Source: the human T2T-CHM13v2.0 reference genome, Homo sapiens
Direction: 5' to 3' (one strand)
NCBI RefSeq assembly: GCF_009914755.1
Contig: NC_060932.1
DNA length: 64,000 bases
The stretch's first letter is position 1. Each line of letters opens with the position of its first letter. A program made the translations under genes and the position numbers. Below, one piece after another: positions 45,229 to 58,062 of the stretch. The notes below the pieces were generated by a model. That model saw only the letters and a program-made list of their open reading frames with translations. It did not search any database and was not told the DNA's origin.

Positions 45229-46362
45229 ATGCTCACAAAGTTCCCCCAAGTGGTAGAATACATAAATTTATAGATTAAACAATTTTAGTGAACCCTAAGG
45301 AAGGTAAGTCCAAAGCTAGAAGTAACATGTTCATCTTGTTAGAAATCAAAGTTAAATTTTGAAAGGATCCAGAGACTAGTGCAGTGATCCCTACAGGAAA
45401 ATGGCAATAGAAATGGCTGCCAACATCTCATCAGAAAGAATGCAGGCCAGAAGAGAGTAGAAACACAAATCTAGAATCGCAAAAGAAGATGATCATCTCA
45501 ACACAAAATATTATGTTCATACGTTTTTTACAATTAAGGAAGAATAAGGCATTTTTCTTTATTCGTCCTTAATTGTAAATAAGCAAATAAAAGGGAATTT
45601 TTACCAGCAGACCTGCAGTATGTGAAATGCTATCGGAAGATTTTTAGACTGAAGGGAAACAAGACCAGAGGGAATCTTAGATAAGGAATACAGAGTCCTA
45701 GAAATAATAAATGGAGGGTGTAAACATAAAGTGATTTTTTCCTCAATCCTTTAAAATAGATACAGAGTCAGAAGTAAAGAATAACACTGTCACTGTAGAT
45801 TTATTTTGTATGCCAGTATGACATATACAACTACTTTGTATAAAGGAGAGGGATGGTGGTAAATTAAACTTCATTATCACATGGTTCTTATATTTTATGT
45901 ATAGTGTTTAAATATTATGTCTGATATTGTATTCTCCAGAATAACCACTTAAAAATGAAAAGAATATAGCAAAAAGAAAACTGACAAATCAAAATGATAC
46001 TGAAATAATTGAAAGTGCTTTGAAAAGCAAATACAGAAGCCTCCCAAAGATTTAGAAATTTAACATGCTGACAAATGTTAAGGAAGAAATTACAATCAAA
46101 TTTTAAAAAATATTTCAAATGTATTTACAATAAAAATAAAATATCAGAATATGTGGGATGTGGATAAAGCAGTGCTCAATGAAAAATATAGCTTTTAATT
46201 TTGATATTACAAATGAAACAAACTATATAAAGTCAATGACCTAAGATTCTTCGTTAAGCGTCTAGATTAAGATGAGCAAGGTAAACACAAAATAAGTAAA
46301 ATGAAGAAATTTATAAAGACTGGAGCAGAAATAAATGATACAGAAAGTAAATAATGAAGAAA

Positions 46363-47100
46363 GAAATAATCTAAATGTCCATCAAAAGATGAATGGAAAA
46401 AGAAAATATCATATATACATAGAATCAAATATCATTTAGCCTTATAAAAGAAGGAAATTGTACCAGTTTCAATAGTATGAAGGAATTTAAAGGATATTTT
46501 TTCTAAGTTAATAAATTGATTACAAAAAGAGCTAATAATATATGATTCCACTTATATGAGATATCTAAAATAGTCAAATTCATAGAAGCATCAAATAGAA
46601 TGGTATTAATTAATAACTAAAGAGGGGGAATTGGAGAATTGAAATTCAATGGGTATAAAGTTTCAGTTCTGCAAGATGAGTAAATTCTAGAGATCTGCCA
46701 TACAACGTAGTGTCTGTAGTTAATATTTCAGTATTGTGCACTTTAAAATATCTTAAAAGAATAGATATCATGGCATGTGTTGTTACAACAAATGCATATA
46801 AAAGCGCACACAAACACACTCACACACACACAAAGGACAAAGGACAAAGGACATTTTAGGAGATTATATATATATATATATTTATATATATAAATATATA
46901 TATATTTATATATATAAATATATATATATATTTATATATATAAATTTATATATATATTTATATATATATATATAAAAAAATAGTGCCTTGGTTGTGGTGA
47001 TGGTATCACAGGTTTATACATATGTTTAAACTGAAATAAATGTATACATTAAATATGTTCAATCTTTTATATTAATTATACCAAAATAAAACTTTAAAAA
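46363..47100 (+). mobile_element. L1MB-type 3' end
   Basis: AAATGTCCATCAAAAGATGAATGG...GGGTATAAAGTTTCAGTTCTGCAAGATGAGTAAATTCTAGAGATCTG. Confidence 0.75.
46863..46982. repeat. Pure A/T (TA)n-derived tract, 120 bp
   Basis: No G or C; palindrome TTTATATATATAAA at 46881, 46905 and 46931. Confidence 0.95.
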
Positions 47101-49134
47101 TGATACAAAATTCTAAAAATTAAGTTATTAGAACTTTCAAATATTAACTTAAAAATATTTTCAAAACTCTTAGATATGAATTAAGGAGAGAATACTTTGT
47201 CTCTTGTTTTATGAGGCAGATCTAAGTCTTATACCAAAACTTGACAAGGAAACACACACACACAAACGTACACACATACAAATAAGTTATGGATTGGTAT
47301 CTTTCATGAATATATATGTAAAAATCTTTAACATTATATTAATAAATAAAATCGTGCAATTTATATTCACTATGGAAGATTTTGAAAAATATCTCATTCA
47401 GAAAATTAGCAATTAAAGGGAAAATGTTAAACATATATTCAGCTTTCCTTACATAAACTGCATTTCAGTGAAATAATAATTGATGAGGGTTAGTTTTATA
47501 TAAAATAAAGATAGATTATTAAAACAGAAGGAATTATAGGCTTAGAAAAATCACCTTATTGCCAGGCAACAAATATCAATGGATGAAATTATTAGATGAA
47601 ATATTCATTAAATACACATGCACACACACAAACAGAGAGAACTTCTCAGTGGAGTCATCTATCAGTCATCTTCTGAGATTCTGAGGCCATTAATGAAATT
47701 TAAGTTAATCAAAAGTGAGATACAAAAAGATTTTGCAACTGATATTTGCATACAGCACAGCATATGAAGTATTCTTGCCAAAAATGTCTAACTTTAGTTA
47801 AATCAATAATTTAGTGCTAATTTTATTTTTTACAAGTAAAACAGAACAAAAGACTAAGTTAAGTATCATTTTGAAACAGCAAATAGACCATTATGGAATA
47901 TGGGATAGTACACGGGACAAAACCTAGGTTTTTCAAAAATTAATTTAATGATTAAAATAAATAAATATATGTATATATATAAATTGAGGAGAAGGATTTA
48001 CATTTAAAGAGTCAATATTTATTTAAAAAAAATATAATAGGTAAAATCTGTTTGGATCGTAATTATGTTAAATGATACACTTTAGACTATTGAGAAAATT
48101 TAAATGTAGCCTAGATATTAGATAAGAACAAATAATTATTCATAAGTTTTTGATGTTTTTTAAGAATACATTCAAAAATTGTTTATATTTGTGTTAAAAT
48201 ATAAATGGGTAACATCATATATTTCTTTCTTTGTAACAAAAGAATATATAAAATAATTAAAATAAGATTGGAGGTTGAAGTGGCAAATATCACAACATCT
48301 TGATAATTTCTACTGATGGTTGGCAGTTATGTAGAGGTGAATTAATATACCCCTCTTTACTTTTATGAATGCTTAAAAGTACTCATCATTAACAAACATA
48401 CCTACACACACATTTCTGGATTTTACAGACTCCACTATAAGCATACTATATCTAAGTTAATTTGATATTGATTTTCACATACTTTAAAAAGTTATCAACT
48501 TTAATTTTCTCAACTAACAAAAATTAGGCAAAATTTGTTATAAACATTTTAAAAACTCTATATTGTATATTTTAATTTTTTCTTATTAAACTGGGGGAAC
48601 TTTTATACAAATTTTTTATTATTTTAGAACTGAAACTGAAAGATAGATGCAATTAGAAAAAAAAGAAACTCCTCTAAGTTTTGTTTTGTTTCTGACTCTT
48701 CCAGTATAAGCAAGAGGACGTGGAATATAGCAACCTTCAAAAATGATAGCTTTCATGTGTTAATTGTGAAACTTCTAACAAGAATCAAATGAGATAATGT
48801 AATCAAAACGCTTTCCTAGACCATTAATCACACAAGTGAAATTAATTCCAAATTGAAAAGAGAGATGAGTAGAGGGTTTAAAACTCACAATTGAATGTGT
48901 ATTAATGCACGCAGGTATCTTAACAATCCACTAATAGAATGTCAAAGTCTAACAAAGACCCAAGAAAAGGCCAGATAATGCACTGATCCAGAACTAAATT
49001 TTATAAAGTCCTTTATTGGCTTCCTGTTGTTTGATCATTGTGTCTGAACATTTTAAAAGCATGTTGCAGCTTTACAGAACCGTGAGAACCATTTATTAAG
49101 TAAACCATTTATTAAGAACCATTTATTAAGTAAA

Positions 49135-49530
49135 AATAATGCTAGCTACTATAACAAATAAAATCCAAATCTCAGGGACCTATTGTAGCATAACAAAGAT
49201 CTATTTCTTACAGAGGCAAAATTTGATGCAGTTGTATTTGTTTGGGCAATTCTCCTCCATAGCTTCCTTCCAGGTGGTGAAGTCAGTGAGGATGGCCCCT
49301 TCCATCATGTGGTCTTGTATCTCTCTCTTCTGCATCCAGCTGCGTGGAGAGAGTGTGGAGAATCTTGTAAAAACAATTTAGTAACTAGACCTGGGAGCGG
49401 CAAACATGTTCCATTACATTTAATGGCCAGAATGGGCCCCACTCAAATACAAGAAAACTAGAAGCTGTGGTCTCTTTGTGTATCTAGGTGGGGAAAAAAT
49501 GATTTGTAAGCACACAGGAATAATTCTGCC
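49135..49530 (-). mobile_element. Old MLT1-family LTR
   Basis: GCTAGCTACTATAACAAATAAAATCCAAATCTCAG...CATTTAATGGCCAGAA. Confidence 0.5.
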
Positions 49531-50606
49531 TAATATTTTTACTAAAATCTTCTAGGACGTATTCTGCAATTATACAGCCATTTTATAGTTATATATCTTT
49601 TAAGAGATATATCTTTCAAAAATGTCTTATCCCATACCAAATCATATATATTTTTAAAAACCTGTTTTCTGTTTCAAAGCAACATGAGTTTTAGTCTAAT
49701 TGTGCTCAGAGGCCAGCTATCATGCTTCTTGCACCATTTTGTGAACACTTACAAAAGGACAGCCATGCTGAATAAGACAACATTTGTCAGAACACCGGGT
49801 TTTAGGGCTGCTCAGAGATTCCACTTTAATTCTACATTTACCTACTCATTGCTGTCTAATAATAATTGATTCTGTTTCGCTACACTGTGAGGAGTTTGGT
49901 TTCAGCCTGAAACCCGAATCACTTTCTATAAGAATTTGTGTAAGATCAGCACAAACATCTTGGAGTTGTTTTTAAGTTAAAGATTTAAAAGCAATATGAT
50001 TTCTTAGTGCATATGTATCTCCAAACTGCTGAATATCAACTTTTTTTAGAAGTTAAAAACAGTTGAAAAATTGTCTTAAAGCACAGCACTTAATCAAGAG
50101 GAAAACTTCTACTACATCTAAACTGGAGAGTTTCTGCTGTTGAAGCCTGGCAGGTTCAGTTTGCTTAGCTACTTTTCACTGTTTATGGCTGTTTTCAGCA
50201 TTATTTACCACCTTGTAGGCTATCCCACATTCGTGGTGGAATGAAGTTCGGGGACATTGTAGCGCAGCTCTCTCAATACATGAGAAAGGGAAGAGAGTCT
50301 GCGAAGTTAGACTGAGCCAGGCTTTGAATAAATATCTTCACAGTTCTAGGTAAGAGCTAATCTAGACGTTGCTGGAAATCCAGATACGAAAACCACATTA
50401 CCAAAGAAGTGATATGAATGAAAGAATGATGATACAGTCATCTAACAGGCATGCGTTCTGCTATACTCACATTGTGTATCTTGAAATGCTGTGGTTTGCC
50501 ATGCTCATTTTCATTCATTTGCTTTCGCATATTCCCTTTCTACTCTGTGAGAGCAACCACTGCTTATATTCTGAGTTTTACAGCAGGAATTGGCTTTCCC
50601 CCCACT

Positions 50607-50867
<261 letters not shown>

Positions 50868-51261
50868 TGGTGGCTCTTTTTTTGTATCCAGTGGTAGACC
50901 GTCTTGAGCTCCTGCTGTTCTGTAGGTCCTCAAATACTCTGGTGCCCTATGTTTCTCCTCCTCTCTTCCACCCTTCCCCATCCTAGAATAAAGATGCATG
51001 CATAAGTTTGTTCCTACATTTTTTCAGTTTTTATTATATCATAAATTTCACCCCAAGACATATTAGAAGGTGGTATCATATTAATTAAGAGCTGAAGATT
51101 ATAAAGTTTCACTTTTGAATTCTGACTCAAATGCTCATTGATTGATTAGTTATTAGGCTAGTTTGAAAACATCTTAGAGTTCAGTTCCTTAATGTAAAGC
51201 AGAACAATAACAGCTAGCTCTTATGTTTACAGAGAGCATTTAATGAGATCATCCATCTAAA

Positions 51262-51906
51262 GCAAGGTCAACAGATTTAGCAAATAAAACTACAGGATGT
51301 CCAGTTAAATTTCAATTTTAGATAAACAACATTTGTTTTTGTTGTTGTTGAAATAGTGCACTAATTTCCTACGTTTGCCATAACAAATTAACACAAACAG
51401 GGTGGCTTAAAACAACAGACATCTACTCACTCATAGTTCAGGATTTTACAGGTCCAAAATGAAGATGTCAGCAGGTCTGCTTCCTTCTGAGCCTGTGACG
51501 GATAATCTATTTCAGGCCTCCCTCCCGGTTTCTAGTGGCTGCTGGAAGTCCTCGGTGCCCCTTGGCATGCAGACGCTTCACTCCGAATTGCCTCGATGTT
51601 CACATCATGTGTGTATGTGTGTGTGTGTGTTCTTCTCCCTTTTTATAAGGACACTCACCACTACATTTAGGGCCCTTTCTAATTCCAAGATGACTCATCT
51701 CCAGAACCTTAATTACATCTACAAAACCTTTTTCTAAATAGGTCATTTTCACAGGTGTTAGCACCATGAACATATCTTCTTTCAAGGCCATTACTCAAGT
51801 CACTATATATAGGTATCAAATATTGCACAGGATGTATGTAAGCTAAAACTTCTTTTCTGCTTATCTGGAATTCAAGAATTTGAATTCCTGTATTTTATTT
51901 GCTAAA
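51262..51906. mobile_element. MER53 (hAT) split by an MLT1 LTR
   Basis: CAGATTTAGCAAATAAAACTACAGGATGTCCAGTTAAATTT on the left and inverted CCTGTATTTTATTTGCTAAA on the right. Confidence 0.7.
51357..51806 (-). mobile_element. MLT1C-type LTR
   Basis: GGGTGGCTTAAAACAACAG...TTTTATAAGGACACTCA...CCTTAATTACATCT; TSD AATAG/TATAG. Confidence 0.75.
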
Positions 51907-51994
51907 GTAAATATAATGTTCTCAACTGGATACCTAAAACTTAGTAATAGCTAAAATGAATGAATAAATAACTGTAGGTGGTTATTAAAAATAA

Positions 51995-52969
51995 AGAAAC
52001 TACCATCAGAGTGAACAGGCAACCTACAGAATGGGAGAAAATGTTCGCAATCTACTCGTCTGACAAAGGACTAATATCCAGAATCCACAATGAACTCATA
52101 CAAATTTACGAGAAAAAAACAAACAACCCCATCAAAAAGTGGGCAAAGGATATGAAAAGACACTTCTCAAAAGAAGACATTTATGCAGCCAAAAGACACA
52201 TGAAAAAATGCTCATCATCACTGGCCATCAGAGAAATGCAAATCAAAACCACAATGAGATACCATCTCACACCAGTTAGAATGGCAATCATTAAAAAGTC
52301 AGGAAACAGGAAACAACAGGTGCTGGAGAGGATGTGGAGAAATAGGAACACTTTTACACAGTTGGTGGGACTGTAAACTAGTTCAACCATTGTGGAAGAC
52401 AGTGTGGGGATTCCTCAGGGATCTCGAACTAGAAATACCATTTGACCCAGCCATCCCACTACTGGGTATATACCCAAAGGATTATAAATCATGCTGTTTT
52501 AAAGACACATGCACACATATGTTTATTGCGGCACTATTCACAATAGCAAAGACTTGGAACCAACCCAAATGTCCAACAACGATAGACTGGATTAAGAAAA
52601 TATGGCACATATACACCATGGAATACTATGCAGCCATAAAAATGATGAGTTCATGTCCTTTGTAGGGATATGGATGAAGCTGGAAACCATCATTTCCAGC
52701 AAACGATTGCAAGGACAAAAAATGAAACACTGCATGTTCTCACTTATAGGTGGAAATTGAACATTGAGAACACATAGACACAGGAAGGGGAACATCACAC
52801 ACTGGGGCCTGTTGTGGGGTAGGGGGAGGGGGGAGGGATAGCATTAGGAGGCATACCTAATGTTAAATGACGAGTTACTGGGTGCAGCACACCAACATGG
52901 CACATGTATACATATGTAACTAACCTGCACATTGTGCACATGTACCCTAAAACTTAAAGTATAGTAAAA
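51995..52969 (+). mobile_element. 5'-truncated L1PA5-type (about 1 kb)
   Basis: ORF2 C-terminus ([16 protein letters not shown]...) plus 3'UTR; TSD AAAAATAA (51987-51994, 52970-52977) after TT. Confidence 0.92.
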
Positions 52970-53904
52970 AAAAATAATTTGTTTTAATAGAAATATAGTA
53001 TACATAATTACTAACTAAAAATTAATATAGTCCCTGCCACACTTATTTGCAATTTTGATGTTTTAGGAAACAGATTAAACTTAACTTTTGGGTCAATCAT
53101 CATTAATGTAGTAAACATATTGCATTGCAATGAACTACCCTGCTTTAATATGAAAAGTCTTTGCCTTTGAGTATCTTGTAATTTAGTGAGAAAATATGCA
53201 AATGTCTACATTTAAAATACAATTCTGTTTAACAAATCTACTATTCACCACCATCTCAATGTAAGACATTATTGAAACTGATAGGATGATTAATGCAAGG
53301 GGACGTGAACAAAAAGTTGGAAATAAGGTAGCAATTATGTCCCTTTACAGAGAATTCCTGTAAATTCAATATTGTTATTGAAAAGGAAATAAAGAAAGAG
53401 CATGAGAGAGAAATAGAGAGGGAAAGAGAGAGAGTAAAGGGAAGATCTTAGTTCTCAAGGTATTTTTCATAAACTTTAAACATGTTTCTGTATTCTTTTA
53501 GTTTTTCTCTGTGGAAAAGTCTGGAAGGTAACCTGGATATATAATCTACAAGAAAAAGCTCTTACTTAATCACCCATACCACAGCTGCTGGCCTGTTTCT
53601 CATGAAGAACCTTAATTTTTATATTATCATCTTTACAATGAACTGAAACTTGTAAGATTCCTCTTTGTATCTTATTGAAATAATACGTAATTTATTATGT
53701 TTTTCTTTAATGACAAAATGGTGATGCCTTTCTTGTATTTTTTTCCGCTGCCACCTCTTTATAGACTCATTATTCAGATGCCAAAGTATCACCCATGTTC
53801 TCTTGTACAACTGGAGATTTAATTTAAAATATCTCTGTATGGATGTGCATGTTTTATGTCAAAACATTAAAAAGAACAAGCTGCCAGTGGCAGCAGTAGT
53901 TTTG

Positions 53905-54645
53905 TATTTACATTTAAGTCTTTACTCCATTTTTAGTTAATTTTTGTGTATGGTGAGAGACAAGGGTATGGTCTTATTCTTCTGCATGTGAATATTCAAT
54001 TTTCTTATTACCATTTATTGAAAAGGCTTTCCTTTACTCATTATTTTTACTTGACAACTTTGTCAAAAATCAGTTAGCCCTAGATGTGTGGGTTTATTTC
54101 TGTGCCCTCTATTCTGCTCCATTGGTCTGTGTGTTCTTTTTATTCCAATACCATGCTATTTTCGTTACTATAACTTTGTAGTATGTTGTGAAGTTTGGTA
54201 GTGTGAGGTCAACAGTTTTGTTCTTCTTGCTCAAGATTGCTGTGGATATCCTAGGTCTTTCATGGTTCCACACAGATTTCAGGTTATATATATTTTTTCT
54301 TTTTTTGTAAAGAATGTCATTGGGATTTTGATAGAAATTGCATTGAAGTTATAGGTCACTCTGGGTAGTATGCACATGTTAGAAATATTAATTATTCCAT
54401 GTATGTACATGGTATGTCTTTGTGTGTGTATGTGTGTTTGTGTGTGTGTGTGTGTGTGTGTTTCTTCAATTTCTTTCATCAATGTTTTATAGTTTTCATC
54501 GTAAAGATCTCTCACCTCCTTGGCTAAAGTTCTTCCTGCTACTGTAAAACTGTAAAATGGATGGCTTTCCTGATTTCTTTTCCACATAATTCACGAGTGG
54601 CATAATGAAACTACTGATTTTGTATGTTAATTTTGTATCCTGAAC
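53905..54645 (-). mobile_element. L1MA/L1PB ORF2 fragment with internal (TG)n
   Basis: ORF 54279-54587 contains KEVRDLYDENYKTLMKEIEE...FNAISIKIPMTFF. Confidence 0.8.
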
Positions 54646-55188
54646 TCAACAGAGTTCAGTGTCTAACATTTCAATAATTTGATAGATACTTGATACAAAG
54701 AAGGAAAACCTGAGTTGTTACCAAGTATTTTTTGTAATTGAGATTATCCATTTGTCAACATTTCACAGTAGTTTCAATTCAACTGTATGTTTATAAGTAT
54801 ATTTGTAATTTTTGATAAATATCAATTCAACCCCATTGGTAGATTTACTGGAGGCTGTTCATCACAGTCACAATTATTTACTATGCAAGGAATTATCTGC
54901 TTGTGCAACACAATTCCAAGTACATAAAAGCCTTGTCGATTTCTTAATTGTGAAAGAACCTTGCTTTTACCATAACAATGTACTCCTCCAAAATTTTTTA
55001 TATTAGCACCAGAATAGCAACTAATTTCTATCTTCAATTTTAAATAGGCTAAATTTTAGATTACATTTTCAGAGCACTCCTATTAATGTCAGATGTTTTA
55101 CCCTCAACTTAACAAATTTCCGAAATATTTATTTGATCCTATGAATTGAATGAAAAATATAAATAGAACCACTATTGGGATTAAGAGA

Positions 55189-57747
55189 TGCTATGGTTTG
55201 AATGTGTCCCTAAAAGTTAAGGTGTTGTAAAATTAATCCCAGATTAAAGTGTTGTAAGGGGAGACCTTTAAGAGATCATTCAATCATGAAGGAACTGCCC
55301 TCAGTAATGGATTAATGACATTATTTTGAGAATAAGTTTCTGATAAAGTAATGAGTTTTGCCCCATTCCTCTTGCTTTCTCTCACAGGCTCTCCTGCAAT
55401 TCTATTACCTGTTTGAATGTGAAGATGGGATGAAGTAGCAAGAAGGACCTCACAAAATACCTCCCCCACCACCCCATCATCTTGCACTTTCCAGTCTGCA
55501 GAACTGTGAGAAAGAAATTTTTAAAATTATTATTATACTTTAAGTTATAGGGTACATGTGCACAATGTGCAGGTTTGTTACATAGGTGTACATGTGCCAT
55601 GTTGGTTTGCTGCGTCCATCAACTCGTCATTTACATTAGGTATTTCTCCTAATGCTATCCCTCCCCCAGTCCCCCAGCCCCTGATATGCCCCAGTGTGTG
55701 ATGTTCCCCTCCCTGTGTCCATGTGTTCTCATTCAACTCCCACCTATGAGTGAGAACACACGGTGTTTGGTTTTCTGCCCTTGTGACATTTTGCAGAGGA
55801 TGATGGTTTCCAGCTTCATCCATGTCCCTGCATAGGACATGAACTCCTTTTTTATGGCTGCATATATTCCACGGTGTATATGTGCCACATTTTCTTAATC
55901 CAGTCTATCATTGATGGACATTTGGGTTGGTTCCAAGTCTTTGCTATTGTGAATAATGCCACAATAAACATATATGTGCATGTGTCTTTAGTAGCATGAT
56001 TTATAATCCTTTGGGTATATACCCAGTAATGGGATCACTGTGTCAAGTGGTATTTCTAGTTCTAGATCCTTGAGGAATTGCCACACTGTCTTCCCCAAAT
56101 GTTGAACTAATTTACACTCCTACCAACAGTATAAAAGCGTTCCTATTTCTCCATATCCTCTCCAGCATCTGTTGTTGCCTGACTTTTTAATGATCACCAT
56201 TCTAACTGGCAGGAGATGGTATCTCATTGTGGTTTTGATTTGCATTTCCCTGATGACCAGTGATGATGAGCATTTTTTCATATGTCTGTTGGCTGCATAA
56301 CTGACTTTTTTTGAGAAGTATCTATTCATATCCTTGATGGGGTTTTTTGATTTTTTTCTTATAAATTTGTTTAAGTTCTTTGTAGATTCTGGAGATTAGC
56401 CCTTTGTCAGATGAGCAGGTCACAAAAATTTTCTCCCATTCTGTAGGTTGCCTGTTCGCTCTGATGGTAGTTTCTTTTGCTGTGCAGAAGCTCTTTAGTT
56501 TAATTAGACCCATTTGTCTATTTTGGCTTTTTGTTGCCATTGCTTTTGGTGTTTTAGTCATGAAGGCTTTGCCTATGCCTATGTCTTGAATGGTATCGCC
56601 TTGGTTTTCTTCTAGGGTTTTTACGGTGTTACATCCTACATTTAAGTCTTTAATCCATCTTGAGTTATTTTTTGTATACCAGGTAAGGAAGGGATCCAGT
56701 TTCAGCTTTCTACATATGGCTAGCCAGTTTTCCCAGCACCATTTATTAAATAGTAAATCCTTTCCCCATTTCTTGTTTTTGTCAGGTTTGTCAAAAATCA
56801 GATGGTTGTAGATGTGTGATGTTATTTCTGAGGTCTCTCTTCTGTTCCATTGGTCTATATATCTGTTTTGGTACCGGTACCATGCTGTTTTGGTTACTAT
56901 AGCCTTGTACACTTTGAAGTCAGGTAGCCTGATGCCCCCAGCTTTGTTCTTTTTCCTTAGGATTGTCCTGGCAATGTGGGCTCGTTTTTGGTTCCATATG
57001 AACTTTAAAGTAGTTTTTTCCAATTCTGTGAAGAAAGCCAGTGGTAGCTTGATGGGAATAGCATTGAATCTGTACATTACCTTGGGCAGTATGGCATTTT
57101 TATTCCTTTTTTCTTGCCTACTTCTCCATTTTGGAATGGGAATGTCTAGCCTATGCTTGTTCCAACACTATTTTGGAAGCACATAACTTGTTAATTTCAC
57201 AGGCTTACAGCTATAGAGGAACTTGCTTCTGGATGAATCATGCTGTAAGTCTCACCCATCTCTGATAAGACTCTGAAATTTGGACATTTGAGTTGGTGTT
57301 GGAAATAGTTAAGACTTTGGGGCTACTGAGATTTAATAAATGTATTTTACATGAGAGAAGGACATGAATTTTGGGGAGCATGAGCAGAATATTATGGCTT
57401 GCATGTGCCCCCAAAATTCATGTGTTGGAAACCTAATCTTCAATGGAAAAGTATGAATAAGTGGGACCTTTATAAGGTGATTAGGTTATGAGGGCTCTGC
57501 CATCACTGATGGATTAATGCTGTTATTTAGAGCGGGTTCCTGATAAAAAGGATGAGTTTAGCTTCCTTCCTCTTGCTCTCTCTTTCCCTTTTGCAATAAA
57601 TTATGCAGCAAGAAAGCCCTGACCAGATGCTAGCTCCCTCCCTGTTGAGATTACCGGTCTTCAGAACTGTAAGAAATAGCTCTCTATGTTTTATAAATTA
57701 TCCAGTATGTGGTATTTTATTATAGCAACACAAAATAGACTAAGAAA
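55189..57747 (+). mobile_element. MSTD-like provirus remnant: truncated 5' LTR (55189-55520), 3' internal part (57101-57389) and 3' LTR (57390-57747)
   Basis: Two similar LTRs (TGCTATGGTTTGAATGTG / TATTATGGCTTGCATGTG); MaLR internal end GGACATGAATTTTGGGG; outer TSD AGAGA/ACAGA. Confidence 0.72.
55521..57100 (-). mobile_element. 5'-truncated L1PA7-type (about 1.6 kb)
   Basis: ORF 56322-57077 is the ORF2 C-terminal region ([11 protein letters not shown]...[11 protein letters not shown]); 3'UTR present. Confidence 0.92.
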
Positions 57748-58062
57748 ACAGATATCATATTTGAGGCATCTAATAACATCAATTAAAAATAATAATTTAA
57801 CTGTAAACACATGAGCTTTTTTTCTTTCTTTTTATACTGCAGAAGGAAACTTGAAATAAACATAAATAAATTTAAAACAATAGGTGTTTTGTCAACATTG
57901 AAAGTGAAGCTTCACAGATTGATGAGCAAAACCAACCAGATGGGTAAAATTTCTATCTTTAGGCAGAGACGTGTTAAAATTACTCTACTGTTTTAGGTAG
58001 ATGCTGAGGCAGGTTAATGTTTATTGGTTTTTCACATTGTCAGAGACATCACTGGTGGAAGG

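Larger units (their letters stand above)
42630..48400 (+). mobile_element. Old L1M element(s), fragmented (5' region, ORF1, ORF2 pieces, 3' end), with younger insertions inside
   Basis: ORF1-like A-rich sequence 43130-43560 and 44700-45660; ORF 47204 FYEADLSLIPKLDK...SFMNIYVKIFNIILINKI resembles ORF2 FYEASITLIPKP...[18 protein letters not shown]. Confidence 0.65.
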
